Part shown: positions 33,580 through 45,000 of the stretch, piece by piece
Layout: the number at the start of each line of letters is the position of its first letter
Numbering within the stretch: position 1 is the stretch's first letter
DNA from: Perkinsela sp. CCAP 1560/9
Lineage: Eukaryota; Protista; Euglenozoa: Kinetoplastea
Length of the DNA: 64,000 nt
Assembly: GCA_965644495.1 (NCBI GenBank)
Contig: CBFFSA010000012.1
Span: forward strand, 394,850-458,849
Direction of reading: 5' to 3'
Made by a program: the position numbers and the translations under genes
The notes under the pieces: model-generated
What the model was told of the DNA's origin: nothing
The model's input: only the letters and a program-made list of their open reading frames with translations
Databases searched by the model: none

Positions 33580-34323
33580 ATGTCTCTCCCACCCCCCTCC
33601 CAAAACCCCAACCCCCCCAACCCCCCCAATCCCCTCTCCCAAAACGAAAACCAAAACCCCACCCCCTCCCACGCTCTCCAACGACCCCCCACCTTCTCCC
33701 CCTCCCCCTCCCCCTCTTCCTTACCCTCTTCCTTCATCGCCCTCTACCGCGCCCTCCTCGCGGCCTCCCCCCCCCTCCCCCCCGCCCGTCCCTGGGCCGA
33801 CTTCGCGGACCGCTCCGCGCTCACCCCCCCCGCCTCCCCCCCCGACGCCCTCGCCCGCGCCACCGCCAACCTCCCGCACTACGCCGGGAACTACGCCGTG
33901 GTGGCGCTCGCGGTGCTGGCGCTCGCGGGGCTCGGCAACCTGCTCTTCGTGGGGGCCATGGCCGCGTGCGCCGCCCTCGCGGGGGCGTACCGCCGGAGGA
34001 GGGCCCAGCAGGCCGGGGAGGGGGGGGAGGGGGTGGTGGTGGTGAGTGGAAGGGAGATCACCCCGGCCCAGGCCTACGGGGGGTTGGGGTTGGTGACGCT
34101 TTTTTTGTTTTGGTTGACCGGGGGGGGCGGGACGGTTTTTTGGGCGTTGGTGGGGAGTACGGTGGCGGTGGTGGGGCATGCGGTGATGCATGAGAGGGGG
34201 TCAGGGGAGTTGTGTGAAGGGGGTGGGGGAGGGTATGAGGGGGGGAAGCGTTTGAGGGAGTGGCAGAGGTTGTCCTCACAGGGGTCGGTTTCACGGGGGT
34301 CGTATATGGAGCATGTGGGGTGA
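33580..34323 (+). CDS. PRA1-family (prenylated Rab acceptor) membrane protein
   Basis: RPWADF, ARATANLPHYAGNY, two long hydrophobic hairpins ending in VGHAV. Confidence 0.85.
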   Translation: MSLPPPSQNPNPPNPPNPLSQNENQNPTPSHALQRPPTFSPSPSPSSLPSSFIALYRALLAASPPLPPARPWADFADRSALTPPASPPDALARATANLPHYAGNYAVVALAVLALAGLGNLLFVGAMAACAALAGAYRRRRAQQAGEGGEGVVVVSGREITPAQAYGGLGLVTLFLFWLTGGGGTVFWALVGSTVAVVGHAVMHERGSGELCEGGGGGYEGGKRLREWQRLSSQGSVSRGSYMEHVG

Positions 34324-34578
34324 GGGGGGATAAGAGGGGGGCTTTGTAAGATAGAAAGGTTTAGTATAGTTAGGTCCGTGGGTAAAGATCATGGGCTTGG
34401 TTTTAGTGTAAATTTCGAATTTTATTGCTTTTTTACGGATGACGCATCCTGTTGAGAAGCACGTTTTACGGAATCTTCTTATTGTTCTTTGTTGATTCTA
34501 CAGAACTATTTCTATTTTCTAAAGAATCTGTCCAACACAACACTATACTTTAGCACAATGAATTGATTCATATCGTCG

Positions 34579-37500
34579 ATGGTTCTACTTTCTACTCATT
34601 TGCCGAGTTCCCGATCGCAGAAACATCGATCTCAATTGCACCGAACGCAAACTGAACACTCCGATTGCAAAGATCACGTAAATGGTTCAATCACTTCCTC
34701 TCAAAGTTCCGAACACTCAGACACATCATTGGTCCCACAAGAATCGAATTCACCGAGTTCCTCCAATCTGAAGCCCTCCTCCCATTTACATGACTTGGAG
34801 AGAACAAAAGTTTCTTTTTTGAGCAAGGCCCAATGCTCACACGAACTGTTTTCGTCTTCTCAACTTAAAACTTTATCCCAAAGCAAATCAGATCTTTCTG
34901 CTTGGAAAGGTTGGATACACACCTTAAACGTCATGGATCACGCAGTTCGCGTATTTCAAGTCACGCAACATCTTTCTTCAGGTGCGTCTACGAAACCCTT
35001 TGCTAAGCCCCTTGCCTTCGAAGTGGCTCATATACTTCGACAGAAAAAATGCGATTCTGTGGTACTTAAGTGGCCGTTTGAATCCGATTTTATGTGGGAA
35101 TCTTTGGATGACGTAACTTTACATGGACGAAGTCAACTTCCTCTTTGCTGCTCTCTTTATATGCAAAGCACACTTTTTCTTCTCTTGCTGGCGCTCTATG
35201 ACGCAACAGAACGTTATTCCGAAGATAATATTGCCAAAGCTGAGACTGACGATCTATCGTCTCTCAATTCCTCTCTTTCTCTTCTTGCTTTTTGTTTTTC
35301 TTACGCGAACGATGCTTCCCAAAGCATGGAAAATCAAAGACTGTCTTCGCCAAAGCCTGAAAGACATATGGATCAGAATCTAGAAAAATGCAAAGATCTG
35401 TGCGACAAAATATATTTGTACGGGTTACATTTCGTATGTAAAATTGCTATGGGGAATTTGAAGGACGCAAGTCACCCCATATGGATCCTTTTAGCCCATT
35501 TGTTTTCGAGGCAAACCCAACAAGCCAAAAACAAAGACTTAATGATTGTCCCTGGGAACTCGATCATTTCCAAAGGCCAAGGGAATCCTTCCAAAGATTC
35601 GCTAAGCAAAGAATTCAAAAATCTGAGATTTCCTATCAATCTTTCGTCAAGCATTTTTCAAAACGTAGAATCGTGTTTAACGGCCCTTCTTGCCCGGCTT
35701 ATTCAGGAATCTTGGAAAGACTTTCAGTTGGGGCAACAGAAAACCTTTAATTTCTTACAATCAAAATTGGATTGCACAGCTTTGTGTCATGTTGTGACGC
35801 AATCTAGATCACGAACTTCGCCAAAGGGCTTTCAAATTGATTTAGGGAACGATAGCTCGAAATACATTCCCGCACTCTCTTCCTTGTTTTTGATACGATT
35901 TGCAGCTGTTTGCCTTCTACCGTGGATAAGACGTATGAAGTCTGAAAAAGGAACTTCTGTAGTTCTCCCAAAAAAGATGCACACATTATTGATGTTCATT
36001 GCCCACAGTTTACACTACGAGGGCTATACTCCGCTGGCTTTTGAACTTTGGAATTCTCTTTGTGATGAGAAGTGTTGTGATCAAAGTGATCTTTATAAAA
36101 AGGACGCATATTTGAGTCATGCACTCACGATGGGCAATCTGGAGATTATTTCCAAATGGGTCGATTCCACTCAGGACACTTTGGAATTTCTTCAAAAGCT
36201 GCATATTTCGGGCCATTCCCTGAAAGCTGAGACCGGAGCCGCAGATCCCTTGCAACGTGGTTCGCAGATTGCCGAAACGGAGACAACGCTTAACGATCTC
36301 TCTGTTTTCAAAAGAATTTTCACACTTTATCATAACAGTTTCTCGGAGTCTTCGTCATTTCCTGCGGAAAACATTTTGGCCGATCTCCTGCCTTTGCTGC
36401 AAAAGTACATTCCATGGATTGTGGACACTCAACATTTCTGTGATGCATCCCATCTTAATTTGTTGAATGAAAAGGAAACGAACACGCCTCGGGACACGCA
36501 ACCACAAAACACTGTTATTCCGAAAAGAAACACAGAAAATGATACAGAGAAAACTGCCGATGCAATTTCCAGCCTCCCTGCAGAACACAGCAACGAGAAA
36601 ACATCCAATACGAATGAAACCGTAATAAAAACACAAACAAAAAACAAATCTCACTCCATTTCTTCCTTGGAAACGGCACACTATATTATCGATTCTTGTT
36701 TTCTTGTCGCTGAACTGTTTCTCTCTCGCGGGGATATTCCGAGTGCCACAAGATCTCTGTGTGCTGTTCTTTCAGTACTCCTTGGAAGCGCTACCCTCTT
36801 GAGTACCCGACATCTTTTACGTGTCCTTGAATGTTTTAGTCTTCTATCGGGCTCAGTAGAATCTCTTGTCTCGTTTTCATCCAATGATTTCAATGATGTG
36901 GTACAGACATATCGAACGCGCTCTCTGTTTGCGTTTGTTTCTCCAGTTTCGTTTACGCGTTGGGCTTTTAGAGAGCGTGAATTTGAAATGCGGATATCTC
37001 CAGGAATGATCTATTCTTCCCTAAACAATGACGGTTCCGATTCCATCGAGGATGACCGAAATGACAAAGTAACGAACGTTCTCTCTCTAATGGAAGTGAA
37101 AGAACGGAATTATCTTGCTCCGCGCAGTTTGCATGACATCAATGATGCATTCAATTCGCTACACTCGATGCAAAGGACATTAACAGAGGTTAAAAAAGAT
37201 GAGCACCGACAAATCGAACATCTTATTTCCACTGCACTGGACGCAGACCGAACTTTGCAATGTCCACAACGTTTGTTCGTGCTCAAAGAGTTCATGTCTC
37301 GGATTGAACGTCTCTTACGTCGAACGCTAAAATTACGGTCAGAGGCAACGAAATATCGACTTTTCCCCATGCACTTCGGGACACTGCATCACACTTGTTC
37401 GGGACACTGCCACGCAAACGATCGAAAAGAATTTCATCTGACACTTGCGCGTATTGCCATTTTATGGGGGTTTACTTCCCTTGCGGCTACTCAGCTGTTA

Positions 37501-40110
37501 TCCTGCTGCAATCTAAGTTTTGATGCCATTTCTGGAGCACACACTGTTCCTCTCGAATTTACCTTTTCCAAGAGTTTTCCCCGAACGCAGTCTTCACCTA
37601 AAACCAATGTAGCGCAAAGCAACACAAAGGAAGGTCATTTTTCGTACTCTTCGAAGGATAAAAATTCTTTTTCGCTTGAAAATATTCCATGTGATGTTAC
37701 ACTATGTGCCATCGTACGAGATTCTACTCGAGACATACTTTATTTTGTACGATGGGAAAATTTGCCTTTTGCCTCTGCCACGGAGCCAACAGATGCAGAA
37801 CCCTGTGTTTATTTGTGCGAAATACCCGCGCCTTCCCTGTTGTTTGATCTTGTCGAAAAAGCGCAAAATATTACAAACGAGGCTGCGAATCAAGTTGTGC
37901 AACATGATCTTGAACTCAACAAAGAACCTCCAAAAGAGGATGCAGAAAAAAAGAATTCGTCCTCGGAGATTTTATCTAAAAATACGGCAGTCAGCAACAA
38001 ACGTGGTTCTCATTCAGAGCGCAAAGCTTTTTGGTCACAGCGTGAAGCATTTGACCAAAAATTGGGAGGCGTTGTAAGCTCTATGCAGGAAGATGTTTGG
38101 GGTTCTCTCTGCTATGCGTTACTTCCCTCTTTTCGAATGGATGCAGATCGATTTGAACATGTAGAGAATACAGAACCCACAAAAAGTGAAACAACCTCTT
38201 TATCTCATGAGGAAAAATTCTCCTTAAAGGAAAAAGCGCTGCTTTCTAAATATCGCACTCGAATTTATGCACTCTTTCTTAAAGGTAATTCCGATTCTGA
38301 AATAGATTCTTCGCGAGCACAAACAATGCAAAATGATAACTTTTCCTGTGTCTTGGGCGTGCTATCCGCCTTCATACGATCGGTTCCTTTTCTTGAAAAT
38401 CCTCCCACCATCGAATCATGTTCAAACCGTATTGACACCTCCAAAGCATCCACATCGTCTACGACTCCAGCCGACCGGCTTTTAGATCTTATATCCTATT
38501 CGATTTGCTCCGACGCTTCTATTCTCATGGAAACAGAACCTTTTAAGAAACGTTTAAAAGACCTCTTACTAGAATTCTATGAAGACTCTTGTGAAATGTA
38601 CGATTCCATTTTTGATGGGATCCTGCCTCAAAAACTTTCCTTCAATGTTTCGGAGAATCCATCGTACACTTCTACGCTTTCTGGAACGTCTCCAAAGTTG
38701 AGTTCTTCGCCCCTTTTAGCGAATCTCTCCGAAACGGATTCAACTTCCTCGTCTTTCTCAAGAACAAAGCGCTTGCTTTCTCACCGTAAACTTTGGCTTT
38801 TGTTCGACCAGCAACCTCTGAATTCTCAAGGTCTCACACTTCATCATTTCCCATGGGAATCTCTTCCCTGTTTTCGATGGTTTCACAAAGGCAAACCATC
38901 TTCTCATATGGTTCGAATTCCCTCTTTGCGATATGCGATGCAAAGCGTATCGAATTTTGCATTTTTGAATGCACAAAAATGCTCCAAAAATACACATTTT
39001 AATGCTGTGTCTCCAAAACAGAACATCAAAGGATTAAAAACGAATACTTTGAGATCGGATCAAGCCTATCCCTATTCTCTGTATTACTGTTTGAATCCGA
39101 TGGGCGATACCCATCGGTCACAGGAAACGTTAGAACCTCTTTTACGCAAACTTCCCAACAGCACGGGAAGTGTTGGAAAAATAAAGAGAGATGGATACTC
39201 AACGGTGGACTGTTGCGATCCGATTTCAGGTTTGCATACAGGAGGGACGTTTCTGTATGTTGGACATGGCAGCGGCTATCGAATTCTTCCTCGACATAAA
39301 TTGCTGACATGTGCAGGAAAAATGAGACGAAGGGAAGCCGAGAAATCCAAACGATATTCGGAAGATCGTGAGGGAGATCAGGAATCTTTGACAGAAAATG
39401 AAGAGCCCACGCCAAGGAAAAGTTTTTCGGAGTATCTAAAAACACCGTTTTCTCTTTTGGGGAAACTAAAAGAATATATCAAACCCTCATCCGAATCCTC
39501 TACGAATAATACGGATAATAACAAATCCTCGGAAGTCGAAATGTCGACGGGAAAAGAAGATTCCGAAGAAGTTTCTCGACACTCCCATACATTACTGGAT
39601 GAAGCGCAAGATGGGAATTTTACAGAATTGCAAGCTTCCACCCGTAGTGCATCTTCATTGGTCTCATCTTCTATTCTTCCTTCTCACACTGTGCTACTTA
39701 TGGGTTGCTCCAGTGCATCCTTGAGTGAAGGTCCGTATGCGATTCCTTACACTTTACTTCACTTTGGGGTGCGTCAAGTCCTGTGCACTTTATGGGATAT
39801 AACAGATGGCGAAATTGATCGCTACACGAAGCAATATCTCAAAACTGCATTTTTACCTCAGGAAACCGATTCCGATGGAAAACCAGAAGCGAACGGGTCT
39901 GCTCGATCTTTGAGCGAAAACGTTGAAACAGAAATGGGGAATCTTTGCTTGAAGAAAGGAAGTGCCACTTCATCTAAAATCGTTGTCCTTGAAACAGATC
40001 GAAACGTGCTCCCCAAAGATTTTGACCTGCACCACAACATGTTACGCGCACGAGAAGCCCCAAGGCTGTTTTATCTCACAAGTTCATCTGTAGTCTGTTA
40101 TGGCACCTAA
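34579..40110 (+). CDS. ESP1: Separase (peptidase C50)
   Basis: HFPWESLP, RIPSL, YCLNPMGD, FLYVGHGSG, LLMGCSS, TLWDITDGEIDR, terminal VVCYG. Confidence 0.92.
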   Translation: MVLLSTHLPSSRSQKHRSQLHRTQTEHSDCKDHVNGSITSSQSSEHSDTSLVPQESNSPSSSNLKPSSHLHDLERTKVSFLSKAQCSHELFSSSQLKTLSQSKSDLSAWKGWIHTLNVMDHAVRVFQVTQHLSSGASTKPFAKPLAFEVAHILRQKKCDSVVLKWPFESDFMWESLDDVTLHGRSQLPLCCSLYMQSTLFLLLLALYDATERYSEDNIAKAETDDLSSLNSSLSLLAFCFSYANDASQSMENQRLSSPKPERHMDQNLEKCKDLCDKIYLYGLHFVCKIAMGNLKDASHPIWILLAHLFSRQTQQAKNKDLMIVPGNSIISKGQGNPSKDSLSKEFKNLRFPINLSSSIFQNVESCLTALLARLIQESWKDFQLGQQKTFNFLQSKLDCTALCHVVTQSRSRTSPKGFQIDLGNDSSKYIPALSSLFLIRFAAVCLLPWIRRMKSEKGTSVVLPKKMHTLLMFIAHSLHYEGYTPLAFELWNSLCDEKCCDQSDLYKKDAYLSHALTMGNLEIISKWVDSTQDTLEFLQKLHISGHSLKAETGAADPLQRGSQIAETETTLNDLSVFKRIFTLYHNSFSESSSFPAENILADLLPLLQKYIPWIVDTQHFCDASHLNLLNEKETNTPRDTQPQNTVIPKRNTENDTEKTADAISSLPAEHSNEKTSNTNETVIKTQTKNKSHSISSLETAHYIIDSCFLVAELFLSRGDIPSATRSLCAVLSVLLGSATLLSTRHLLRVLECFSLLSGSVESLVSFSSNDFNDVVQTYRTRSLFAFVSPVSFTRWAFREREFEMRISPGMIYSSLNNDGSDSIEDDRNDKVTNVLSLMEVKERNYLAPRSLHDINDAFNSLHSMQRTLTEVKKDEHRQIEHLISTALDADRTLQCPQRLFVLKEFMSRIERLLRRTLKLRSEATKYRLFPMHFGTLHHTCSGHCHANDRKEFHLTLARIAILWGFTSLAATQLLSCCNLSFDAISGAHTVPLEFTFSKSFPRTQSSPKTNVAQSNTKEGHFSYSSKDKNSFSLENIPCDVTLCAIVRDSTRDILYFVRWENLPFASATEPTDAEPCVYLCEIPAPSLLFDLVEKAQNITNEAANQVVQHDLELNKEPPKEDAEKKNSSSEILSKNTAVSNKRGSHSERKAFWSQREAFDQKLGGVVSSMQEDVWGSLCYALLPSFRMDADRFEHVENTEPTKSETTSLSHEEKFSLKEKALLSKYRTRIYALFLKGNSDSEIDSSRAQTMQNDNFSCVLGVLSAFIRSVPFLENPPTIESCSNRIDTSKASTSSTTPADRLLDLISYSICSDASILMETEPFKKRLKDLLLEFYEDSCEMYDSIFDGILPQKLSFNVSENPSYTSTLSGTSPKLSSSPLLANLSETDSTSSSFSRTKRLLSHRKLWLLFDQQPLNSQGLTLHHFPWESLPCFRWFHKGKPSSHMVRIPSLRYAMQSVSNFAFLNAQKCSKNTHFNAVSPKQNIKGLKTNTLRSDQAYPYSLYYCLNPMGDTHRSQETLEPLLRKLPNSTGSVGKIKRDGYSTVDCCDPISGLHTGGTFLYVGHGSGYRILPRHKLLTCAGKMRRREAEKSKRYSEDREGDQESLTENEEPTPRKSFSEYLKTPFSLLGKLKEYIKPSSESSTNNTDNNKSSEVEMSTGKEDSEEVSRHSHTLLDEAQDGNFTELQASTRSASSLVSSSILPSHTVLLMGCSSASLSEGPYAIPYTLLHFGVRQVLCTLWDITDGEIDRYTKQYLKTAFLPQETDSDGKPEANGSARSLSENVETEMGNLCLKKGSATSSKIVVLETDRNVLPKDFDLHHNMLRAREAPRLFYLTSSSVVCYGT

Positions 40111-40318
40111 TATCACATTCTCTTTTCAACTCTGTCTTACGCACAAAAATACCGCAAAATATTTCAAGGAAAAATACACGTTTTCCTTCAAAAACATTTT
40201 TTTTTCAAATTTTTATCTTCAATCCAAATTTTTTAATCATAATCCTATTTATATTATTCTTATATTTTTTTGAAGCTCATTTTTTTCTTCCCTCTTTTTC
40301 TCCCTCCTTCCTTCCTCC

Positions 40319-41599
40319 ATGTCCTACGCCCTTGCGGAGCTCCCCGCAGGCTACGCCCTCATCCGCCTCGAAACCGCCGACACCCCCACACTCCACGCGC
40401 TCCACAAATTCAAATCCACCAAGGAGGCGCTGCAATCCACCAGCGCTCTTCTTCAAAGCGAACTCTCCCAGCCGCTTAAAAAATTCCTAAAACGCAATCT
40501 CCCGAAAGAGCAGGTCGAGAGCCTCAGCGTTCTGGATGCGAAATTGGGCAAACTGATCAAATCGGAGCTCAAACTCCCGATTATCCATGGGGATGAGGTG
40601 CTGGACCAGATGCGGCTGATTCGTGGCGCCATGCACAATCTGCTTACGGAAATTTCCCCCACACAGATGCACCAATCCAGTCTGGGACTCTCCCATCATT
40701 TGAATCGCTACAAACTTCGGTTTTCTCCGGAGAAAATTGACATGATGGTGGTGCAAGCCGTAGCCTTGCTCGATGATTTGGATAAAGAATTAAACAAATA
40801 CGCCATGCGTGCCCGTGAGTGGTACGGCTGGCATTTTCCGGAACTTAGCAAACTGATTGCGGATAATGTGGTGTATGCGAAAATCGCGTGTGCCATGAAA
40901 ACACGCGATCACGCGAAAGAAGCCAACCTCGAGTCTTTTCTCTCCGAGGAGGAGGCCGGGAAAATTCGAGAAGCGGCTCGACTCTCCATGGGGACCGAAA
41001 TCAGTGAGGACGACGTGGAGAACATCTGTGCGCTTTGCACGGAGGTGATCTCGACGTCTCACTACCGCGAGCAGCTCGCGGCGTACCTCTCGAACCGGAT
41101 GAAAGCGATTGCGCCGAATTTAACCACCATGGTGGGGGAACAAATCGGGGCCCGGTTGATTCAAAAAGCCGGGAGTTTACTGGCGCTGGCAAAGTTCCCC
41201 GCCTCTACGGTGCAAATTTTAGGCGCCGAGAAAGCTCTTTTTCGCGCGCTGAAGAAGAAGCAGGCCACCCCGAAGTATGGGCTGCTGTATAACGCCTCCT
41301 TGGTGACGCAGGCTCCGACACAGAATAAGGGCACCATGTCGCGTGTGCTGGCCGCGAAGACCTCGTTAAGCGCCCGGGTGGATAGTTTCGCGGAAAGTGA
41401 AATGGCCCCGGCCGCGGAGTACCGTGAAAAAGTGCTCCAGCGCTTGAAATCGTTTGAGGAGACCGTGGCGTACGGGCGTACCGGAAAAACGAGAGGCGCG
41501 AACGTGGGGGCGTCTGGAGGAGGAGAGGGGGGACCTCCGAAACGGCATCGAGTGGAGGAAGGGGAAGGGGGGAGAGAGGGAAAGTCGCGAAAGATGTGA
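40319..41599 (+). CDS. NOP58: Nucleolar protein 58 (box C/D snoRNP)
   Basis: RYKLRFSPEKIDMMVVQAVALLDDLDKELN, REWYGWHFPEL, STVQILGAEKALFRALK, TPKYGLLY. Confidence 0.93.
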   Translation: MSYALAELPAGYALIRLETADTPTLHALHKFKSTKEALQSTSALLQSELSQPLKKFLKRNLPKEQVESLSVLDAKLGKLIKSELKLPIIHGDEVLDQMRLIRGAMHNLLTEISPTQMHQSSLGLSHHLNRYKLRFSPEKIDMMVVQAVALLDDLDKELNKYAMRAREWYGWHFPELSKLIADNVVYAKIACAMKTRDHAKEANLESFLSEEEAGKIREAARLSMGTEISEDDVENICALCTEVISTSHYREQLAAYLSNRMKAIAPNLTTMVGEQIGARLIQKAGSLLALAKFPASTVQILGAEKALFRALKKKQATPKYGLLYNASLVTQAPTQNKGTMSRVLAAKTSLSARVDSFAESEMAPAAEYREKVLQRLKSFEETVAYGRTGKTRGANVGASGGGEGGPPKRHRVEEGEGGREGKSRKM

Positions 41600-42050
41600 A
41601 AAGTTGAAGAAAGGGGGTAAAAAAGTGGGAGTGGGGGTATTTTTTGAAGAAATTGGAGGGTAGGGGTAAAGAAATAAGGGGGAATGGTTTTGTTTAAGAG
41701 CGTATTGAATGGTTTTTAATAGCAGAATAAATTTGCAGGTTTGAATCATTTTGTAGTACAGTAAATTCCCGAAACAATTTTTTGGACGCAAGTAGAGAGA
41801 GTAGTTGTTGTCACAAACTACAAGTACCCGAAAACATTTGTGTACAAATTTTTGGCTCTTTTTTATTTATGTGAAATTAACGTTGTCATTTTGCAAAGTG
41901 GTCAACCTCGCACGTATTTTACATGATAATTTGAAACAAAAGATAATTTTCTTTATCAAGTCCTGTATTTCCAGCAGTTTTTTATTTCATTTGTCCGCTA
42001 GTCTAACTTCGTTTTTTGCAATCCCATTTCTCCCTCTTCTATACATAAAA

Positions 42051-45000
42051 ATGCCATCTGCGCTAAGGAAACCTACCGAAGCACGTTCTTATATACAATC
42101 CCTAAGGCGACTTTCCCTTTTCTTTACGCTTCTTCTCTGCAGTTTCGGGTACGGACCTTTTTTCTCGCATCGGAACACGAAATCTTTCCACCCGCACTCC
42201 TCTTTTTCCCTTCCGGGAGTTCGTGCCGAAATGGTGGGTATTGATTTGGGATCGGAATTTGTAAAACTTGCCAAAGTGCAGTCCGGTCCCTCCCGAGGGG
42301 CTCCGATTGAGATTGTGCTCAACGAACAGACACGACGAAAAACACCCAACGTGGTGGGGTTCCGAAATTCTGATTTATACGTGGGTGAGAACGCAAAGGC
42401 GTTATGTGGTCGTTTTCCTCAACATATGGCGCCTATGATGAATCGAATTGTGGGGGAAAGTTTTGATTCGAACGGATTTACGGATGAGAAAGAATCGGAA
42501 AACGGTGATTCGGAAGCCCATCCCCACGAGCGCACCTCTTTAAAAGACTGGTTTTCACGTGATTTAGCCTTTACCAATCAAATCGAGCGTAACCCCGCAC
42601 GTAACACCTTTTCCGTCGTTCTCCCGGCTGCCCCTTCTCCCTTTCTTCCCACCGAAGAAAATGTCGACCTCTCGGAGGGAACCTCAGAAGAAACCTCACC
42701 CCCTGCATCCCCAAACACCCCAATCTCCCCTCTACCCTCCGGCATCCACCCCTACGACCCCGAAACCCTTCTCGGTTTCCTCTTCTCCTATCTCTATGAT
42801 CTCACCAAAGCCGCAAACCTCCACCTCCCCTCCTCCCCTTCGTTGTCTCCAAAACCGAGGGCCCAAAAAATAAAGAAACAAAAATCAAATCAACCTAAAT
42901 CTTTTTCAAAAGAATCAGAAGATTCTAAAGAAGAATTTCACGAATCTTTTATGGCTCCTCAAATGAAGAATATTGAAGCCGCTCTGGTCGTTCCCTATTT
43001 CTTCAACACACGACAACGCGAGGGTTTGGTCCATGCCGCGGCGCTGGGAGGGATTGCGGTGAACGCCATCCTCCACACCACAACCGCGGTCGCGCTGCAC
43101 TACGGGGTCCAAAACCGAGGCCTGGGCAACGCTTCGCTGTATTTTATGGTGTTCGACATGGGCGCCTCTCGCACCGAGGCGGGGATTTATCACTATGAGC
43201 CTCCGGAACCGGGCGCCCCGAACGCGGAGGCTTTTGGCACACTTCGCACCGTTTCACTCGCGAGTGATCGGTTTTTAGGTACCCGATTGTTTGATCGTCG
43301 TCTCGCGGAGGTGATCGCTGCGGAATTCACCGCGAAAACGAAAATAAAGATTGACCTTTCATTAGGGGCAAAGGCCTCGGTGGCGGAACGAAAAGGTTCA
43401 GCCTCATTGTTGCGCGCCGCAAATGGGCTGCGGGAAGTGCTAAGTGCGAATCGGTACGCTCCGGTTACGGTGGAGAGTATTGTCCAGGATCGGGACTTTT
43501 CGACCACCATCACACGTGAGCTTTTTGAATCAAAATGTGTGGATCTATTTGAACGTGCACGGCGGGTCGCGGAAAAGGCCCTCCAAAGAGCGAATCTTTC
43601 GCCGGATGATTTAGCCTCATTGGAGATTCACGGTGGAGGGGTACGGATGCCCAAGATTCTGGATGATTTAGCGCAGTTTTATGGTAAACCGGTTGATCGC
43701 ACGTTAAATGGGGACGAAAGTGCAGCGCTGGGGGCTGCGTTTTATGCTGCAAAACGAAGCGGAATGTTTTCTGCTCGAGGCTTTCGCATTGAAGAGCTAA
43801 ATCCGCATTCGCTGGACTTTGTGGTGTCCGATGGGAAGGCTGTGCCGGAGAGTGCAGAGCCAATGGCAGAGGAAAATTCTGAAATCGACACCAATTCGGT
43901 ACTAGGGGATGACACAAAGGCGGCCGTTGCAAAAGGTAAAATCTCGACTCCCCGAACTCTTTTTGTGGGATATAACTCATCTTATCCGAGCTCACGAAAA
44001 ACTATTACGCTTCATCGCACAGAGGATTTTTCAGTTTCTTTTCGTGAGGACAAACGTCTTGAGAACACAGTCACGCTTTCTCCGATTCATGACGCACTTA
44101 CGTCCTGGGGTTACTTCGACCCCGAGTTGTCTCATCCGGATAATAAACAGAAGGTACAGCTGGAAACCAGAATTGGGGAAAACGGCATTTTAGACGTTTC
44201 ACAAGCGGAATTAGTATTCAACCAGTGGCGTAATATTTCTCGAATGGTCCGAAAACGAGCTGTAGCAAAACCGAATCAAGGTGGAGAACAGGAAAACTCG
44301 GAAATGCAAAACGTTGAAAAAGGAGAAAATCAAAAGGATTCGGCACTATCCGAAAATAATTCTGCGGTATCACAAGAAAAGACAACATCTGACGTCGAAA
44401 ATGAAGTTGAAACAATGAAAACAAATGAAGAACCTGCGACGAAAGAATCAAATTCTTCTGTACAGTCAGACAACTCATCTGCCAAAGACTTCACAACCCC
44501 TACCGATCTCAACAACGACCTCGTTTTTGAACGCGAATACAAACTTGAGCTCACTGAACATCGCACCCCGTTAAATCTTATCTGGACCTATTCCTTCCCT
44601 CAACCCCTTAGTTCACACGACAGAATACAAACGCAGTCGTTTCTGCATCGACAACTTGCCTATGAGACACACAAACGAAAAACAGCCGCGGCTAAGAATG
44701 ATCTCGAGGCTTTGCTTTTGGACACTCTTACCGAATGGATTCCCCATCACCGAACGTATGGGTTTATTAAAAAACATGAAGAAGAACCGATACGCACAAT
44801 TATGGAAGATATTAAGGCATGGCTGGAAGAGGGAGATGGATGCACCATGTCGGTAACACATTTCCATTTTGAGGAAAAAATTCGTGAGGTTCATGCCGAA
44901 AAAGAAAAAATTGAGGAACGCAAAAGGCCGAAAAGGGAAGAGAAAACTATGAGTAATGAAACGGCAGGAAATGGAAGCAATGCTTCGCAAGCTGCGCCTT

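Noticed and set aside
41805-42050. Upstream TTG/GTG-start extensions in the ORF track (also 5795, 15906, 45402, 47984, 51052)
   Set aside because: In a eukaryotic context these extensions translate T-rich intergenic or polypyrimidine sequence, so an in-frame ATG was used instead.
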